Shown: positions 1 to 12,281 of the stretch, piece by piece
How positions within the stretch are numbered: the first letter of the stretch is position 1
How the letters are laid out: each line of letters starts with the position of its first letter
From: Octopus sinensis
Taxonomy: Eukaryota
Reading direction: 5' to 3'
Length of the DNA: 42,297 nucleotides
NCBI RefSeq assembly: GCF_006345805.1
Contig: NW_021835168.1
Coordinates: 1-42,297 of the forward strand
Position numbers and translations under genes: made by a program
The notes under the pieces: model-generated
The model's input: only the letters and a program-made list of their open reading frames with translations
Told to the model about the DNA's origin: nothing
Database searches by the model: none

Positions 1-1287
1 TATATATATATACATATATTATATATATATATATATCTATCTTTCCTGAGCGTCCAATAACACTATACTTGTTCCACGTCCTCGCGTTGTTGTGCTTTCT
101 CTTTGTGTCTTCATGTTTGGATTAACTATGTATATATATATGCATTCATGTGTATGAATATTTCATGTATACGTACATATAAACACACTTATACACGCAT
201 ACACGCACACATTATGTATACTCATATCTTTCTCTTTCTCCCTCTCTCTATATACATATGTATCTATATAAATACGTATATACATACATTTATATATATA
301 CACATAGATACAGACAGAAATGTATGTCTATTACATGAGAGTGTGTGCGTGTGCGTATACGACCGTGTGTGTGTGTGTATCTGTGTGTGTATACATACAC
401 ATATAAACCAAATATTGACAATCTCACCGCCCTAAATGACCAGCTAACGAGTTTATGAATGCAGAGTGAATTATTTGATGGTTGAGTATAAAGCAGAACC
501 CTGTTTTATTTAAATTTGCTTTTATATTTCTCAGTGTACACACACACACGCGCGCGCACGCACGTGCACACACGTTCTAACACAATGTGTGAGTGTGTAT
601 GCCTTTGCGCATGTGTACGTAATTGCAGATAACATGGCCGAATGGATTAAAATGCTGAACAGAAGATGATGTCCTAGCGGCCGGCGTGTTTGAAATTTAA
701 CCGCAATGCGCCTTTAAATTACAGTGACAAATCACATTTTGGGATTCTCTTCAGTTTCCGTCTACCAAATTTAACTACGTACAAAGAATGCGTCGATACT
801 GGGTTATAGAAAACAGCATTTACTCAAGATGTTTTGCAGTAAAGTTGAAACCGATATGTCGTGTGACCAAATGGTTGGGAAGTTCACTTCGTAATCCCAA
901 TATACTGGATTCAATGTCTCTGCATAGCACCTCGAGTAAATACCATTTTCTGTTCGCTAGTATCGACGGAAACCGAGTAAAATCCCAACGTATAACTTGT
1001 ATTTTTAATTCAAATGTACCACCTTTGTTATACGCTGTGTCACGTTGATTCTCTCTGATAATTACTTAATGGTACACAAGTATTTGGAATACTCAACCAC
1101 TACTTACACGTTAACTCAGTAGTTAATTCAGTTGATTTAACATCTCAATCCTCGTTGTTGAACGATGGACACCCATTAAATAAGTAGTTTTATACATCTA
1201 TATATATATATATTATATATTTACACACACTCACACGTATATATACACATATATATATGTGTGTGTGTGTATGTATGCATATATATG

Positions 1288-1374
<87 letters not shown>

Positions 1375-1580
1375 CTTTATTTTAAGCAGCAGAAAATTCA
1401 ACAAAATCTGTTACTCTGAGTTTCTCGTTGCCGTTATCAGAAGTCTGATGAACGGCAACGAGAAACTCAGAGTAACAGATTTTGTTGAATTTTCTGCTGC
1501 TTAAAATAAAGCATATTACTCTACCAATGGTATTTGAGTACTCTTTTTTCCACCTTGTTTCACATTTATGTGTTACTCGG
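1375..1580 (+). mobile_element. Fold-back non-autonomous repeat, probably PLE pLTR-derived, embedded in (TA)n
   Basis: 1375-1440 is the reverse complement of 1445-1511 apart from one extra G in the right arm, around a 4-nt AAGT loop. The right arm continues about 70 bp to a (TA)n run. A related fragment lies at about 2423-2490. Confidence 0.7.
1445..1478 (+). ncRNA. Minimal type I hammerhead ribozyme candidate
   Basis: CTGATGA (1445-1451), ACG-GCAA-CGA stem II with an A.A closing mismatch, GAAA (1462-1465), CTCAGAG-TA stem III and a GUA site at 1474. Stem I is truncated to 2 bp by the inversion. Confidence 0.6.
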
Positions 1581-1593
1581 TATATAATATATA

Positions 1594-1646
<53 letters not shown>

Positions 1647-1650
<4 letters not shown>

Positions 1651-2302
1651 TTGAATAAAGTTAAAATATGGCCTTGTTTTCACATTTTTTATTATTGTTG
1701 TTATTAAAAATAATTTTTACAATGCTGAAGTGTGTTTAAACACATAAAAAACATATTTTGTAATGTTCATAAAGTTTAATTAGCACCTTCATACGTTCGT
1801 AGTAATCATCAGATTTCAAAATGTATTTAACTGACCGCCGAGTTCTTGACAACTGTAGTAAACTGACTGACTTCTTCCTGTATACCTTTTATACCTTTAC
1901 TCACTCCTAAAACCATTACATGTAACCGCAAGCTAATGGTTAATAAAAAGACGGGATTTATGCCAGCAATATCGGTGTGCCCGACAAGCCGTGACGTTTA
2001 AGATGCATGCAGATTGGTTAAAACCGTATTCGAAAAATTCAGCTTGCTGGAGTCTTCTAAGAGGTATAAAGAAGTCAGGAGATGTCAGTTATTTTACTAC
2101 AGTCGTCAAGAACTCAAACTGTCAGTTAAATTCATTTTGAAATCTAATGATTACTACGAATGTATGAAAGCGCTAATTGAACTTTATGAACATTACACAA
2201 TATTTTTGAATGCTTAACATACTTCAACATTGTAAAAAAATCTTTTAAATATTATAATAAAAAACATGAAAACTAGACCATATTTTATCTATATTCAACT
2301 GA
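1647..2302. mobile_element. TA-flanked near-palindromic TIR element (MITE/fold-back), arms about 250 bp
   Basis: Ends read TA-TCAGTTGAATA...TATTCAACTGA-TA. The segment 1647 to about 1890 aligns by eye with the reverse complement of about 2063-2302, including internal GAGTTCTTGAC and TTACTACGAA blocks. Confidence 0.75.
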
Positions 2303-2609
2303 TATATTGTTCTATACACATTTATACAAATTCGGAAAACAAAATATGCATGTATGTATGTATGTATATGTATGTGCGTGTATATATATATATATATATA
2401 TATATACACGCGCACACACATATACTTTATTAAAAAGCAGCAGAAATATCAGAAAAACTGTTACTCAGAAGCTGATATATTACGTTTCACGTTTGAATTA
2501 GTGAGCGTAATGATGTAAGTTGTTAGCTAGGGCAAAGCAGAGACCCTCAGTTCAGTTTCACTTTACAGTGAGAGCCACATCAGTACAATAATGTTGTTAA
2601 TGCGCGTCA

Positions 2610-3290
2610 GAGAATCCTAGACATTCCCCACCACCCTGTCCTCAAGACAGACTGGGTCTTTGTGTCTTACCATAAAGAATAAATGATTTAGTTGTACTTC
2701 TACGTTTTCATCTTTATTGTACCATACAGACATGATGGCTGTAAACTCGTGGACGAGTATGACCATCACTGACAAAACAATGGATATACAAAATGTTAGG
2801 TCCAATAAGACTTGCACAATACATAACATACCCTCTCTACCCCACTGACATGATCCAGAGACAAGTCGAGGTAACATGTCTTGTGCTAATATGGGACATA
2901 GGCTTAGGAATGTAGGACCTCAAGCGCAAATAAAAGTTCCCAGAACACTCAAAGCCTTTTCTGGTTTTATATCAACTCACCTTCTCCTAGAGACAAGCTT
3001 CAACAAAAGCTGAAAGGAGCCTTACTTCCAGTAGTTTTCTAACACACCGCACATCAACACAGAATATCTAAGTGCTAGATAATCGTTAAACCTACATTGG
3101 GTTCTGCCGTCATTTTGACAGGTCTTGTTAGTCCTTCTGGGTTTCTAGCAACCGTCCTCACCAGCCCTAGCTTGGCGGAGGTGCCGGTTTAGTCGCCGAC
3201 GATTCGACCAAGCAACTGGTTTATTGGATTCCATGTTACCAGTAGCACTCATGATAGACCTTACAAGTGACCTGACATACATACACACAT
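2610..3290 (+). mobile_element. Highly degenerate LINE-like 3' remnant
   Basis: GC-richer, stop-riddled sequence with a weak resemblance to an RT C-terminus and 3' UTR. No diagnostic motif is intact. Confidence 0.25.
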
Positions 3291-3844
3291 AGATACATAC
3301 ATAGATGTACATGGTACATACATACATAAATGTGTCTAAGTATGTATACACAAACTCAGTCAGAAAAAAACTACTTTTCCACACAAGTATAAGTATAATG
3401 AAGTAAAATTGAAAATGCACTTGAAGTTTTTATGAATATTTTCTATTAAATTAACCGATTTCACAATTTCGCGGTTTCCAAAAATAGTGGGAGGTGGAGT
3501 AACTGTCTCGCCTCTGGCCGGCGTTTGAAAATGCCCTTTATTTTATGGAGAAATTGCCGCTTAAATTGCCATCTGTAAAGGTTCAGCTTTATCAGTTAAA
3601 CATGATCACTAGATCAGACACAGAATTTGGTTAGTTCTCTGCTTGCGATATTAGGGTATTCGGGCCATGTGATTTTAAGATCCGTAATTCACCAAAAGTT
3701 AACGCTGCATTAGTCCAGTGGGCGTCTTCTATGATAGTATGAACAACAATAGCACATTGTGTCCGCATGTTAAATCACGTGACATACAGTTTTATACATA
3801 CAAACCATACATATACGCACAAGCATATATACATATATACTCAC

Positions 3845-3958
<114 letters not shown>

Positions 3959-4055
3959 CTCTGTCCATCTATCTATTTGTCTATCAGTGTGTGTGTGTGT
4001 GTGTGCGTGCGCGCGCACGTGTATTATACAGAGTTTCGATAAATTTCCTTTCCAA

Positions 4056-4462
4056 GGCGTAGGAGTGGCTGTGTGGTAAGTAGCTTGCTTACAAACCACA
4101 TGGTTCCGGGTTCAGTCCCACAGCGCGGCAATTTGGGCAAGTATCATCTACTATAGACTCGGGCCGACCAAAGCTTTGTGAGTGAATTTGGTAGACGGAA
4201 ACTGAAAGAAGCCCGTCTTATATATGTGTGTATGTGCGTTTATATGTTTGTGTCTGTGTTTGTCCCCCCCACCCACCCAACATCGCTTGACAACTGATGC
4301 TGGTGTGTTTACATCCCCGTAACTTAACGGTTCGGCAAAAAAGACCGATAGAATAAGTACTAGGCTTACAAAGAATAAGTTCTTGGGTCGATTTGCTCGA
4401 TTACAGGCGGTGCTCCAACATGGCCGCAGTCAAATGACTGAAACAAGTAAAAGAGTAAAAGA
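4056..4462 (+). mobile_element. tRNA-derived SINE, family A, near full length
   Basis: Head GGCGTAGGAGTGGCTGTGTGG (A-box-like) and GGTTCAGTCCC (B-box-like), an internal TA/TG tract, and a conserved tail ending GACTGAAACAAGTAAAAGAG. At least 8 related copies occur in the window. Confidence 0.85.
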
Positions 4463-4753
4463 ATTGGAAAAAATCATTAAAAGTCGGTGATAATAAACAC
4501 CTTTGAAGCAAAAGTGATTTAATATCGAAGCAAAGTACATAAATGAAAACTTCAGTAACATTTGTCTAACATGCAAGGAAGTTCATTGAGGAAACTCAAC
4601 TAAAACAAATACAATAAATTGTGCAAATTGGAAAGATAATTTATGAAGACCCAAGTATATATGTACACACACACACATGTATAAAAATTAAAAGGGTGGT
4701 TTATTAGCAATTAGGACCTAAAGGCAAAATTAAAAGAGGTTCCAAAAGTGACC

Positions 4754-4922
4754 GAAGGTGCTGGCTAGCATCGCATATGTTAAAAATAAGAGTTAAATTA
4801 AATCTAAAGCCACGAAAGCACTAAATTTACCTTCCTTTGTCTGTCATTAATTTAATGATTTAGTGGCTTTAGGGTAAATTTAACTCTTATTTTTAGCATA
4901 AGCAGTGCTGGCCAGCATCTCC
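4754..4922. mobile_element. Small degenerate fold-back element, arms about 60 bp
   Basis: 4754-4817 matches the reverse complement of about 4857-4922 through the GCTGGCYAGCA, AAAAATAAGAGTTAAATT and CTAAAGCCAC blocks. Confidence 0.7.
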
Positions 4923-5555
4923 CGTCCCTTTTGTGTCTTATGTATATAACAAAAGGAAGGATATGAAACCCAGGTAGATACCGAATTTCTCTGCGGAAAA
5001 TGCCAAGGCTAGTTCCTTCTGACGGTGCATTTTTTTGGTAATCTACCTTTAGCTCTCATTCGATGTTGCAGTTTATTTCTTGGCTACTTAGAGCGTAAAG
5101 TACAATATTGATAATATGGACAATGAAGAATTTGAACATTCAAACTTTATGTTTATTTCTAATTAGTATAATATTCCAACACAGGTTTCGATCGCACCAG
5201 TCGCATATTGTTACATATTCGTATACAACGATTTATGCATTATTGGTACGATCTCTTCAAGACACATAAATATGTTTGAAGAGGAATTTTCCTCCTGAAT
5301 TAGTTTGAATTAGACTTGGTAGCAGTACTAGTAAACTTTGAACATTCCACAATGAGATGTTTTTCCTCAACTGTTTGGGTGAAATTCAGTAGCATCAATA
5401 GCTGTGATCGTTGAGGTAGGTCAGCAATTATCCCTGGCTAGGCTGGGAGTGGTTAATTATAGAATACTTTTTTTTTTTTAATGTTACTACATACTTTATA
5501 GTCACAAGGCATATTAGTGGATTTCAGAGTTGATTATATTATTTTCAATATTGTA

Positions 5556-5600
<45 letters not shown>

Positions 5601-5780
5601 ACACACAACTGAAAGAACTACTAGTGGTCCTATGCTACTATGATACTTGAACGCTATATACATAGGCTTGTAAATACATTTGATAGTGTTTCTGTTTAAG
5701 GTTCAACGGGTAAATGCCAATTATTTCACGTTCTTCCGAAGTTTCTAAGTATTATGCGAACGATATACATCTATACGTGC

Positions 5781-5822
<42 letters not shown>

Positions 5823-5830
5823 CACACACA

Positions 5831-5932
<102 letters not shown>

Positions 5933-6829
5933 ATATATATAATATATATATATGTATACATGGGTGTATAGATGATTGGGCAGATAGACATGTAAATATA
6001 TAAACTGAATTTGAGATGTATAGAGGGAGGTTCAGGAAAAATAAAGCAATCAAGGAAACATATGTTTACATGTTTGTAAGCATGTGTACCTGAACGTGTG
6101 TGCTTCTACATATGTGTGTGTGTGTGTGTGTGTGTGCGTTTCTACGTGAATGGATGTGTGCGTATAAGCACCTAATATGACACGTTACAAGCCACTTATG
6201 AAAGAAACGAGAAGGTGTGAAGTATTAGACAGATGTGTGAGGTTAATTAGTTTAATGTTGTCGCTCAAGAGATTGATGTTAGTGATCAGGAAAAAACATT
6301 TAAACGCACCCAACAAAAGATCACTTATCAGATATTTAGTTTAAAAGATTTTTTATGCATTTATATTTATTTCATACAATATTTGTTCCGCTTCACTGTT
6401 CAACGCTTTGTTACAGTTTAGTGACTTCATTTTTAGATTTCGTCTACTTCCTATGTTTTACAGGATGTTGATTTTGTACTACTTTCTAAAAACTTTCAAT
6501 CAGTGTAGAGATAACCTGTATATCTGACATTGATCTCGTGTACACTGGGTTTATAACCTTTGTATTCTTTCTCTTTTTCTCTCTGTATGTGTGTATGTGT
6601 GTATGTGTGTGCGTATGTGTCCTTTACTTGTCTTACGGTATCCCTGGGTATGAAACACTTATTACATGGATATTCCGCCAATGGAATGTTTAGGCAAGTC
6701 ACTTAACTCTAGCAGTCCTGCAATGGTAGTAATGATAATGAGAAACGTATGATCTATTTTTTTTCCAAGGTGGTAATATAACAGAATCGTTAGGGACATT
6801 TCTCTGTCATTACGTTCTAAGTCAAATTC

Positions 6830-7280
6830 CGGGATCGATAATATAAAGTACGACTCAAGAACTGGGATCAATGGCATCTACTAATTCCACCCCTAAATTC
6901 CAGGTCTTGTGCCTACAGAAGGAAGTATTATTTATTAACTCCCAGAATCGTAAGCACGTCGGATAAATTACTTATCGGCATATTGTCCGTCTTTTGCCTT
7001 TCATCTTTTCGGGGTTGACCCATCACCCCTAACTCCCCATCCCCACCAGCAGTTTCAGGCCATGTACTGATTGCAGGAGGAATTATTTCTTCCCTCGCAG
7101 AATCGTTAGCATGCCGGACAAAGTACTTTGCCGCATTTCGTCCGTTTTTACGTTCTGAGTTCAAATTGTGCCACGGTCGACCTTGCCTTTGGGACCGATG
7201 AAATAATTAGCAGCTGAGCCTGGGATGGATGTAATCGACTAAGATCCTCCCCTTTTATTTCAGGCCTTACGTTGTGTCAC
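6830..7280. mobile_element. Two degenerate family D tRNA-derived SINEs in opposite orientation
   Basis: GCAGAATCGTTAGC head and GAGTTCAAATT B-box on + at about 7095-7270. A reverse copy lies at about 6830-7030. Confidence 0.6.
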
Positions 7281-7845
7281 CCACAGTACGTGAAAGAATT
7301 TGATGTCGACAAATTATCAGAGATATACGAGTGAATAAAGAGTGTGTTTTAGCATTTAGTTTTATTCTTCAACATTCCGAGTTTCAATAATGCTAGAGTC
7401 AACTTTCACTTCTATTTTCTTATTTGTTTGTTGTTATTAAATAAGATAAATGCCAGTGATATATTGTTGTTGGCTCATTTGATAATAGCACCTTTTTCCG
7501 TAAAGAAATGAATAAATGGTTGAGAGAAAGTGTACAGCGATAGAAGAGGTCGAGCAAAAAACTGGTCGTCATAGTTACCAAAATGAAAAGATATTCTGGA
7601 TCAATAATAACAAGACTGAAACTTAACTGTATGATTTCTTGGAACCAGAAGACATTCTTAAGAACTCCGCCAAGCAGAGCTGAAGAAAATATTTATTTAG
7701 TTTCCTTTTGTGAATACTAGGTTTTCTGGGTAGTATTATGAAGTAAAGCTGTACACAATATAAAATGCTGACTGGATAAAGCCGGTAAGCTGAAAACTTG
7801 CACGTGTTATTTGGGTTTTGTATTTGGTTAGCAAGACTCTAGTTA

Positions 7846-8004
7846 GGTGCAGGCGTGGCTGTGTGGTAAGAAGTTTGCTTTACAGCCATATGGTTCCGGG
7901 TCCAGCCCTACCGCATGGTACCATGGGCAAATGTCTTCAACTATAGCCTTGGGCCGACCAAAGTCTTGTTGTGAGTTGATTTGATAGACGAAACTCTGAA
8001 AGAA
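7846..8004 (+). mobile_element. SINE family A, head half
   Basis: Matches the 4056 head through GAAACTCTGAAAGAAG, then runs into (TA)n. Confidence 0.8.
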
Positions 8005-8044
<40 letters not shown>

Positions 8045-8053
8045 TATACATAC

Positions 8054-8116
<63 letters not shown>

Positions 8117-8149
8117 GTATATATATGGTGGGATAAGCTACCTGAATCA

Positions 8150-8958
8150 ATTTGCTATAAAAACAGGAAGTAATTTTACCTTGTATTTATTCTTAGTGCA
8201 AGTTTTGAAGAGTGCAGTTTGATTTTAACAGTTATTTTTCGAAGCTATAATGAAGGTGACAAAGGAGCATATTCGGCATATTTTGCTTTATGAATTCAAT
8301 AAAGGCAGCAACACAACGGAAAGTGAGCGGAATATTAATGCAGTATATGGGGATCGGACAATAAGTGTAAGCCAATGTCAACGGTGGTTCCAGGAATTCT
8401 GAGCTGGAAACTACAGCCTAGAAGTCGAGCCTCGTCCTGGAAGATCTGTAGAGCTCGACAAGGACGTCCTGCAAATCATGGTGGGGGAAAATCCCATCGT
8501 AACTGTTGGTGGACTAGCAGAGAAGCTTGGATTTGGTCATTCAACCATTCATCGACACCTGCGTGCCATCAGAAAAGTCAGCAAATTGGGTCAATGAGTT
8601 CCGCGCAAACTTTCCGAGTCTAATCGCACGCTCTTCTTTGCTGTCACGTTTCACAAATGAACCTGTTTTGGACCGAATAGTGATCGGTGACTAGAAAGGG
8701 GTTCTCTATAAAAATTTCCGCAGTCTTCAAAATCATTTGGATGGAAACGATATGAATTTTGTAGATGGGGTCAGAACAATACTCGAGGAGTATTTTTCCT
8801 TACTGACAAGTAAATTTTGGAAGAGAGGTCTTGCAAGTCTACCAGACAGATGGAGAGCATTGCAGATAATGAAGAATAAAAAAGAATTTTGTGTATCTTA
8901 AATAGGAAAAATAAAATAAAAATATATAAAGATCTGCATTATTTATGGGCTGACCCAA
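8150..8958 (+). mobile_element. mariner transposon remnant, internally deleted pseudogene
   Basis: ATG at 8250 gives MKVTKEHIRHILLYEFNKG...QRWFQEF*AGNYSLEVEPRPGR...LGQ*VPRKL (HTH domains and WVPHEL-like linker), then LDRIVIGD*K (first catalytic D region) and a GLASLPDRW C-terminus. The right TIR ends ATTATTTATGGGCTGACCCAA-TA. Confidence 0.9.
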
Positions 8959-8964
8959 TATATA

Positions 8965-9397
8965 TATAATTGTCACTGAATGTGACTACGGTGTGAAAAA
9001 CACCTACAATGCTAGAAATAAGAGCTAAATGTTCTAATGCTATAGTTAACGCACATGAGTGAAAACATGTACACTAATAGGGACCATAATTGTCCGAAAA
9101 TACCGACCGAGAATTCGGTGTTCGGTTTCTCCCCACCTGTTTTTCTATCAGTATATATGCTTTCGTCATCCAAGTTAATGGAACACCGAGCTGACATAAC
9201 TGAAGAGGCAACGGAAATTGCCGAAACTGACATCAATTTTTAGAATTCTCGGTCGGCATTTTTCGAAAAATTATGGTCCCTGTTAGTGTATATGTCTTCA
9301 ATTCACGTGCGTTAACTACAGCATTAAAGTATTTTAGCTCTTATTTCTAGCAATGTACATGCTTTTTATACCCTAGTCACATTTAGTGGCAATTATA
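8965..9397. mobile_element. TA-flanked inverted-repeat element, arms about 150 bp, with a hammerhead core in the spacer
   Basis: 8965-9116 aligns with the reverse complement of 9243-9397 through TAATTGTCACTGAATGTGACTA, GCTAGAAATAAGAGCTAAA, GGGACCATAATT and CCGACCGAGAATTC. Confidence 0.8.
9148..9231 (+). ncRNA. Hammerhead ribozyme core, topology uncertain, possibly type III
   Basis: CTGAAGA (9200-9206), perfect 5-bp stem II GGCAA-CGGAAA-TTGCC, GAAA (9223-9226). ACTGA (9226-9230) can pair with TCAGT (9148-9152), giving a GUA site at 9153. Stem I is weak. Confidence 0.5.
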
Positions 9398-9764
9398 ATT
9401 CTCCTTTTTGGTTTATATTAAATTTATATATTTGTAGTGTATCTTGGATGGGTCATAATGCTAATAATAAACACAGACTCATTCTATTTCACTTCTTTTA
9501 TTATTATTAGGCAACTAGTTAACCATGCAACCAATTAACTAATCGATTATTTAATTTGTTAAATGGTTGACTATTTGAGTAATAATAATAAAAGAAATTA
9601 AATGGAATCGGTGCGTGTGTTTATTTGCATGTGTCAGTTATAGAAAGGAAAGTTGTAAGACTAGGAAAAGTGAAATGTACCATGAGTTGCACTGGACCAT
9701 TGTTAGATAGAATACTCTCTGAAATACTTCGTATTAATATACAAGCCAGGAGAGGTAGCGAGCT

Positions 9765-9920
9765 CGCAGAAATGTTAGCAAAGTTCAAATTTCGCCGATG
9801 TTGACTTTGCCTTTTATCCGGTCGGAGTCGATGAAATAAATACCAGTTAAATACTGAAGTCGATGTAGTCGAATTATCCCGTCCCAAATATTGCTGGCCT
9901 TGTGCTAAAACTTGAAACCA
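9765..9920 (+). mobile_element. SINE family D
   Basis: GGTAGCGAGCTCGCAGAAATGTTAGC head, AGTTCAAATTTC B-box and ATTGCTGGCCTTGTGC tail. Confidence 0.7.
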
Positions 9921-9929
9921 ATATATGAA

Positions 9930-10506
9930 CGAGAATGCTACTTGTTTTTGTTGAGAAAAGCCAAATCAAATCTCCTACTGAATTGTTCAGTTTGTTTAAG
10001 AACCTTTTAGATCTGATGTAGTGACTTTCCTTTGCTTTTTCTGGCAAATTGACCTTCCCCCATCATATATGACTCATACCGGATGTCTTCGGGACAACAT
10101 TTCTGACTGTTCCTTCTGACATGGAGGTCTTTTGCAATTGACTCCATGGATTTTCTGGGATTGTAATCAATGGTCTGTTGAACTTTCTGTATAAATTCAA
10201 GTGTTCTGATGATTTCAGAGCGTTTAGAATGCTTTTTATGCCTCGATACTGGTGATACGTTTCCACCTTCAGTCTCTAACTCCTTACAAACTTTGTAGAC
10301 GAAAGATCTGGCAACTTTTAAAAATCGAGATATTTCTAAATCACTGTGCTCAGCATTTATAACCACAATAACAGCATGCCTCTTCATTTCGTGAGTAAGC
10401 TAAGGGTCTGCAATTATTATTTTCTGAAAGAAAGATTATACAGAGTTAGCAAAAAATGCAGCAATGACCCCTAAAACGTATGTCCTCAAATACCTGACGT
10501 ACCCTA
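9930..10506 (-). mobile_element. Tc1/mariner-superfamily (maT/DD37D-like) transposon 5' fragment
   Basis: ORF 10387-10007 (MKRHAVIV...EISRFLKVARSFVYKV...NPRKSMESIAKDLHV) encodes paired HTH DNA-binding domains. A TIR-like TAGGGTACGTCAGG lies at about 10506-10490. The catalytic domain is absent, so the subfamily call is tentative. Confidence 0.75.
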
Positions 10507-10779
10507 TGCAACCACATGCGAATCATTGGCGATTTTCTTCCACCGTCTTCCCTTCTATTGAACTTTCCTCTGCTTCCGAAGAAGAGCGTCAGGTAATACT
10601 TTCCATGTACCACGTCATCACGCTGTGTTTTTTGTGTTTGTTCTTTTTTTATTTACTAAATATAAATATATATATATATATATATATGTCTATACACATG
10701 TATATATATATATATTCTTTTATTTACTCCTTTTCATATATATATGTATATATATATATATATGTTATATATATATATG

Positions 10780-10836
<57 letters not shown>

Positions 10837-10889
10837 GCACACATATGTATACATCTTTTATTTACTTCTTTCACGTATGTATGTATATA

Positions 10890-10931
<42 letters not shown>

Positions 10932-10973
10932 GCGTATAATTATTCTATACTTATATGATGAATATTCTATATA

Positions 10974-11817
10974 TCTATATATATAAAACTCAACTTGTGT
11001 GTCTGTGTGTGTATCTCTGTGTGTGTGTCTGTGTGTTTAACTTCCCGGCACATCTCCTCCTAGCCAACAAATAGTAGAACCACAAAAACTGGGTCACTTA
11101 AAGTTTAGGCGAATGAAAATTGAACTGCGCTATTTCTGTTCCGAAATTCATCTCGCAAGTGCAAAAATCGATAATTTGTTTGTTTAGGCCTTATCTCATG
11201 CATTGAATAGTGAACTTTACTCAGTCAGCTGTTTGACGTGAACTGTGTTCACCACGCGTCCAAGCATGCGTAAATTGCATGAAAAATAAAAAAAAATCAA
11301 GATATTAAAAACGAATCGCCGTAAACATTGTAGAAATTCGGCAAAGAAATGAATTTTCGGGATGTAGCCTGGAGGGTTTTTTCGTATTAATCGCTTGGAC
11401 TTTGTGAACACATACCAATTGTTTTCATAACATTTTTCACGCTTTGAATTAAATGTGACCATTTTGCGTTGAGTCTGCAGTTTGAATCACTTTAACCAAA
11501 TTTTAGTAGGCCGGATTTTTGATCATCACGATACATCGCCAGCGACTCCCTGAAACTCTCCCCTGAAATCCCCGTTGAGAAATACTGATCTAAAAGAATA
11601 ATTCAACAATTCAATTATTTGATCAACAAAAATTTATGAAACGCTTCTACGTACTTCCTATTGATGAAATGGAACACATAAGCGCAAAAATAGAGGGCAT
11701 TAAATGCTTGATTTTAAAACCAAAATAATTGAATTTTGATTGAACTTCATCCAAGTTTAGCTTAATTCGCACGTGCATAGAACGCGCCCGAGCGCACGAG
11801 CCGGGCAATAGTGCTAG
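10974..11817 (+). mobile_element. Non-autonomous Helitron, both ends present
   Basis: 5' TCTATATATATAAAA followed by TGTG/TCTG repeats. 3' GCCCG...CGGGC hairpin (11786-11806) then CTAG (11814-11817). Inserted between A (10973) and T (11818) with no TSD. Confidence 0.8.
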
Positions 11818-11908
11818 TGTATGTATATATGTATGCATATATGTATGTATGTACATGTGTATATAGATATATAAGCATATATATGTGCTTATATAAATAT
11901 ATGTATTC

Positions 11909-11943
<35 letters not shown>

Positions 11944-12227
11944 TACAATAAAGGGTGGAATATAATTAATTTAATAAAATTAATCAATTTCACCTAGTAG
12001 ATTTGTCGGTATGGAAAAGACCATATTTGGTAAGGGTTATAATAATTATAATTAAGGGTTAAATGCAACAAGTTGCTCAAAACCACATACCGAAAATATT
12101 AGAAATAGCAGCCAAAATTGGTCACTATTTCCTCTACTAGTAAAAAGTCTCCACAAACAAACAGAATTTGTAAGTTGTATATGGCAAAAAAGGCAGAAAA
12201 TAACGAAAACCCAGCCTCTGGATTAAT

Positions 12228-12281
12228 TATAGACGACTCGTTTCTGGATTAGAACCGAAGGTTCATTTCCTTGTCAATATA
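12228..12281 (-). ncRNA. Type I hammerhead ribozyme candidate, U3-A8 variant, copy A
   Basis: The reverse complement reads TATA-TTGACAA-GGA...GAACC-TTC-GGTTC...TCC-A-GAAA-CG-AGT-CGT-C-TATA. Confidence 0.6.

Noticed and set aside
58-100. ACG-TCCTCG-CGT resembling an HDV-ribozyme P3/L3
   Set aside because: The loop is 6 nt and no P1, P2 or P4 could be built. More likely a repeat fragment.
1790-1818. Minus-strand CTGATGA...GAAC-GTA
   Set aside because: There is no stem II, GAAC replaces GAAA, and the motif is not conserved in the opposite arm.
3125-3215. TCCTCAC motif suggesting an HDV-like ribozyme
   Set aside because: P3 is mismatched and P1 pairs at only 5/7. The position at a 3' remnant does not fit a 5' ribozyme.
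4955-4985. GAAACCCAGGTA resembling an HHR 3' half
   Set aside because: No CUGANGA-like box or paired 3-8 variant occurs upstream.
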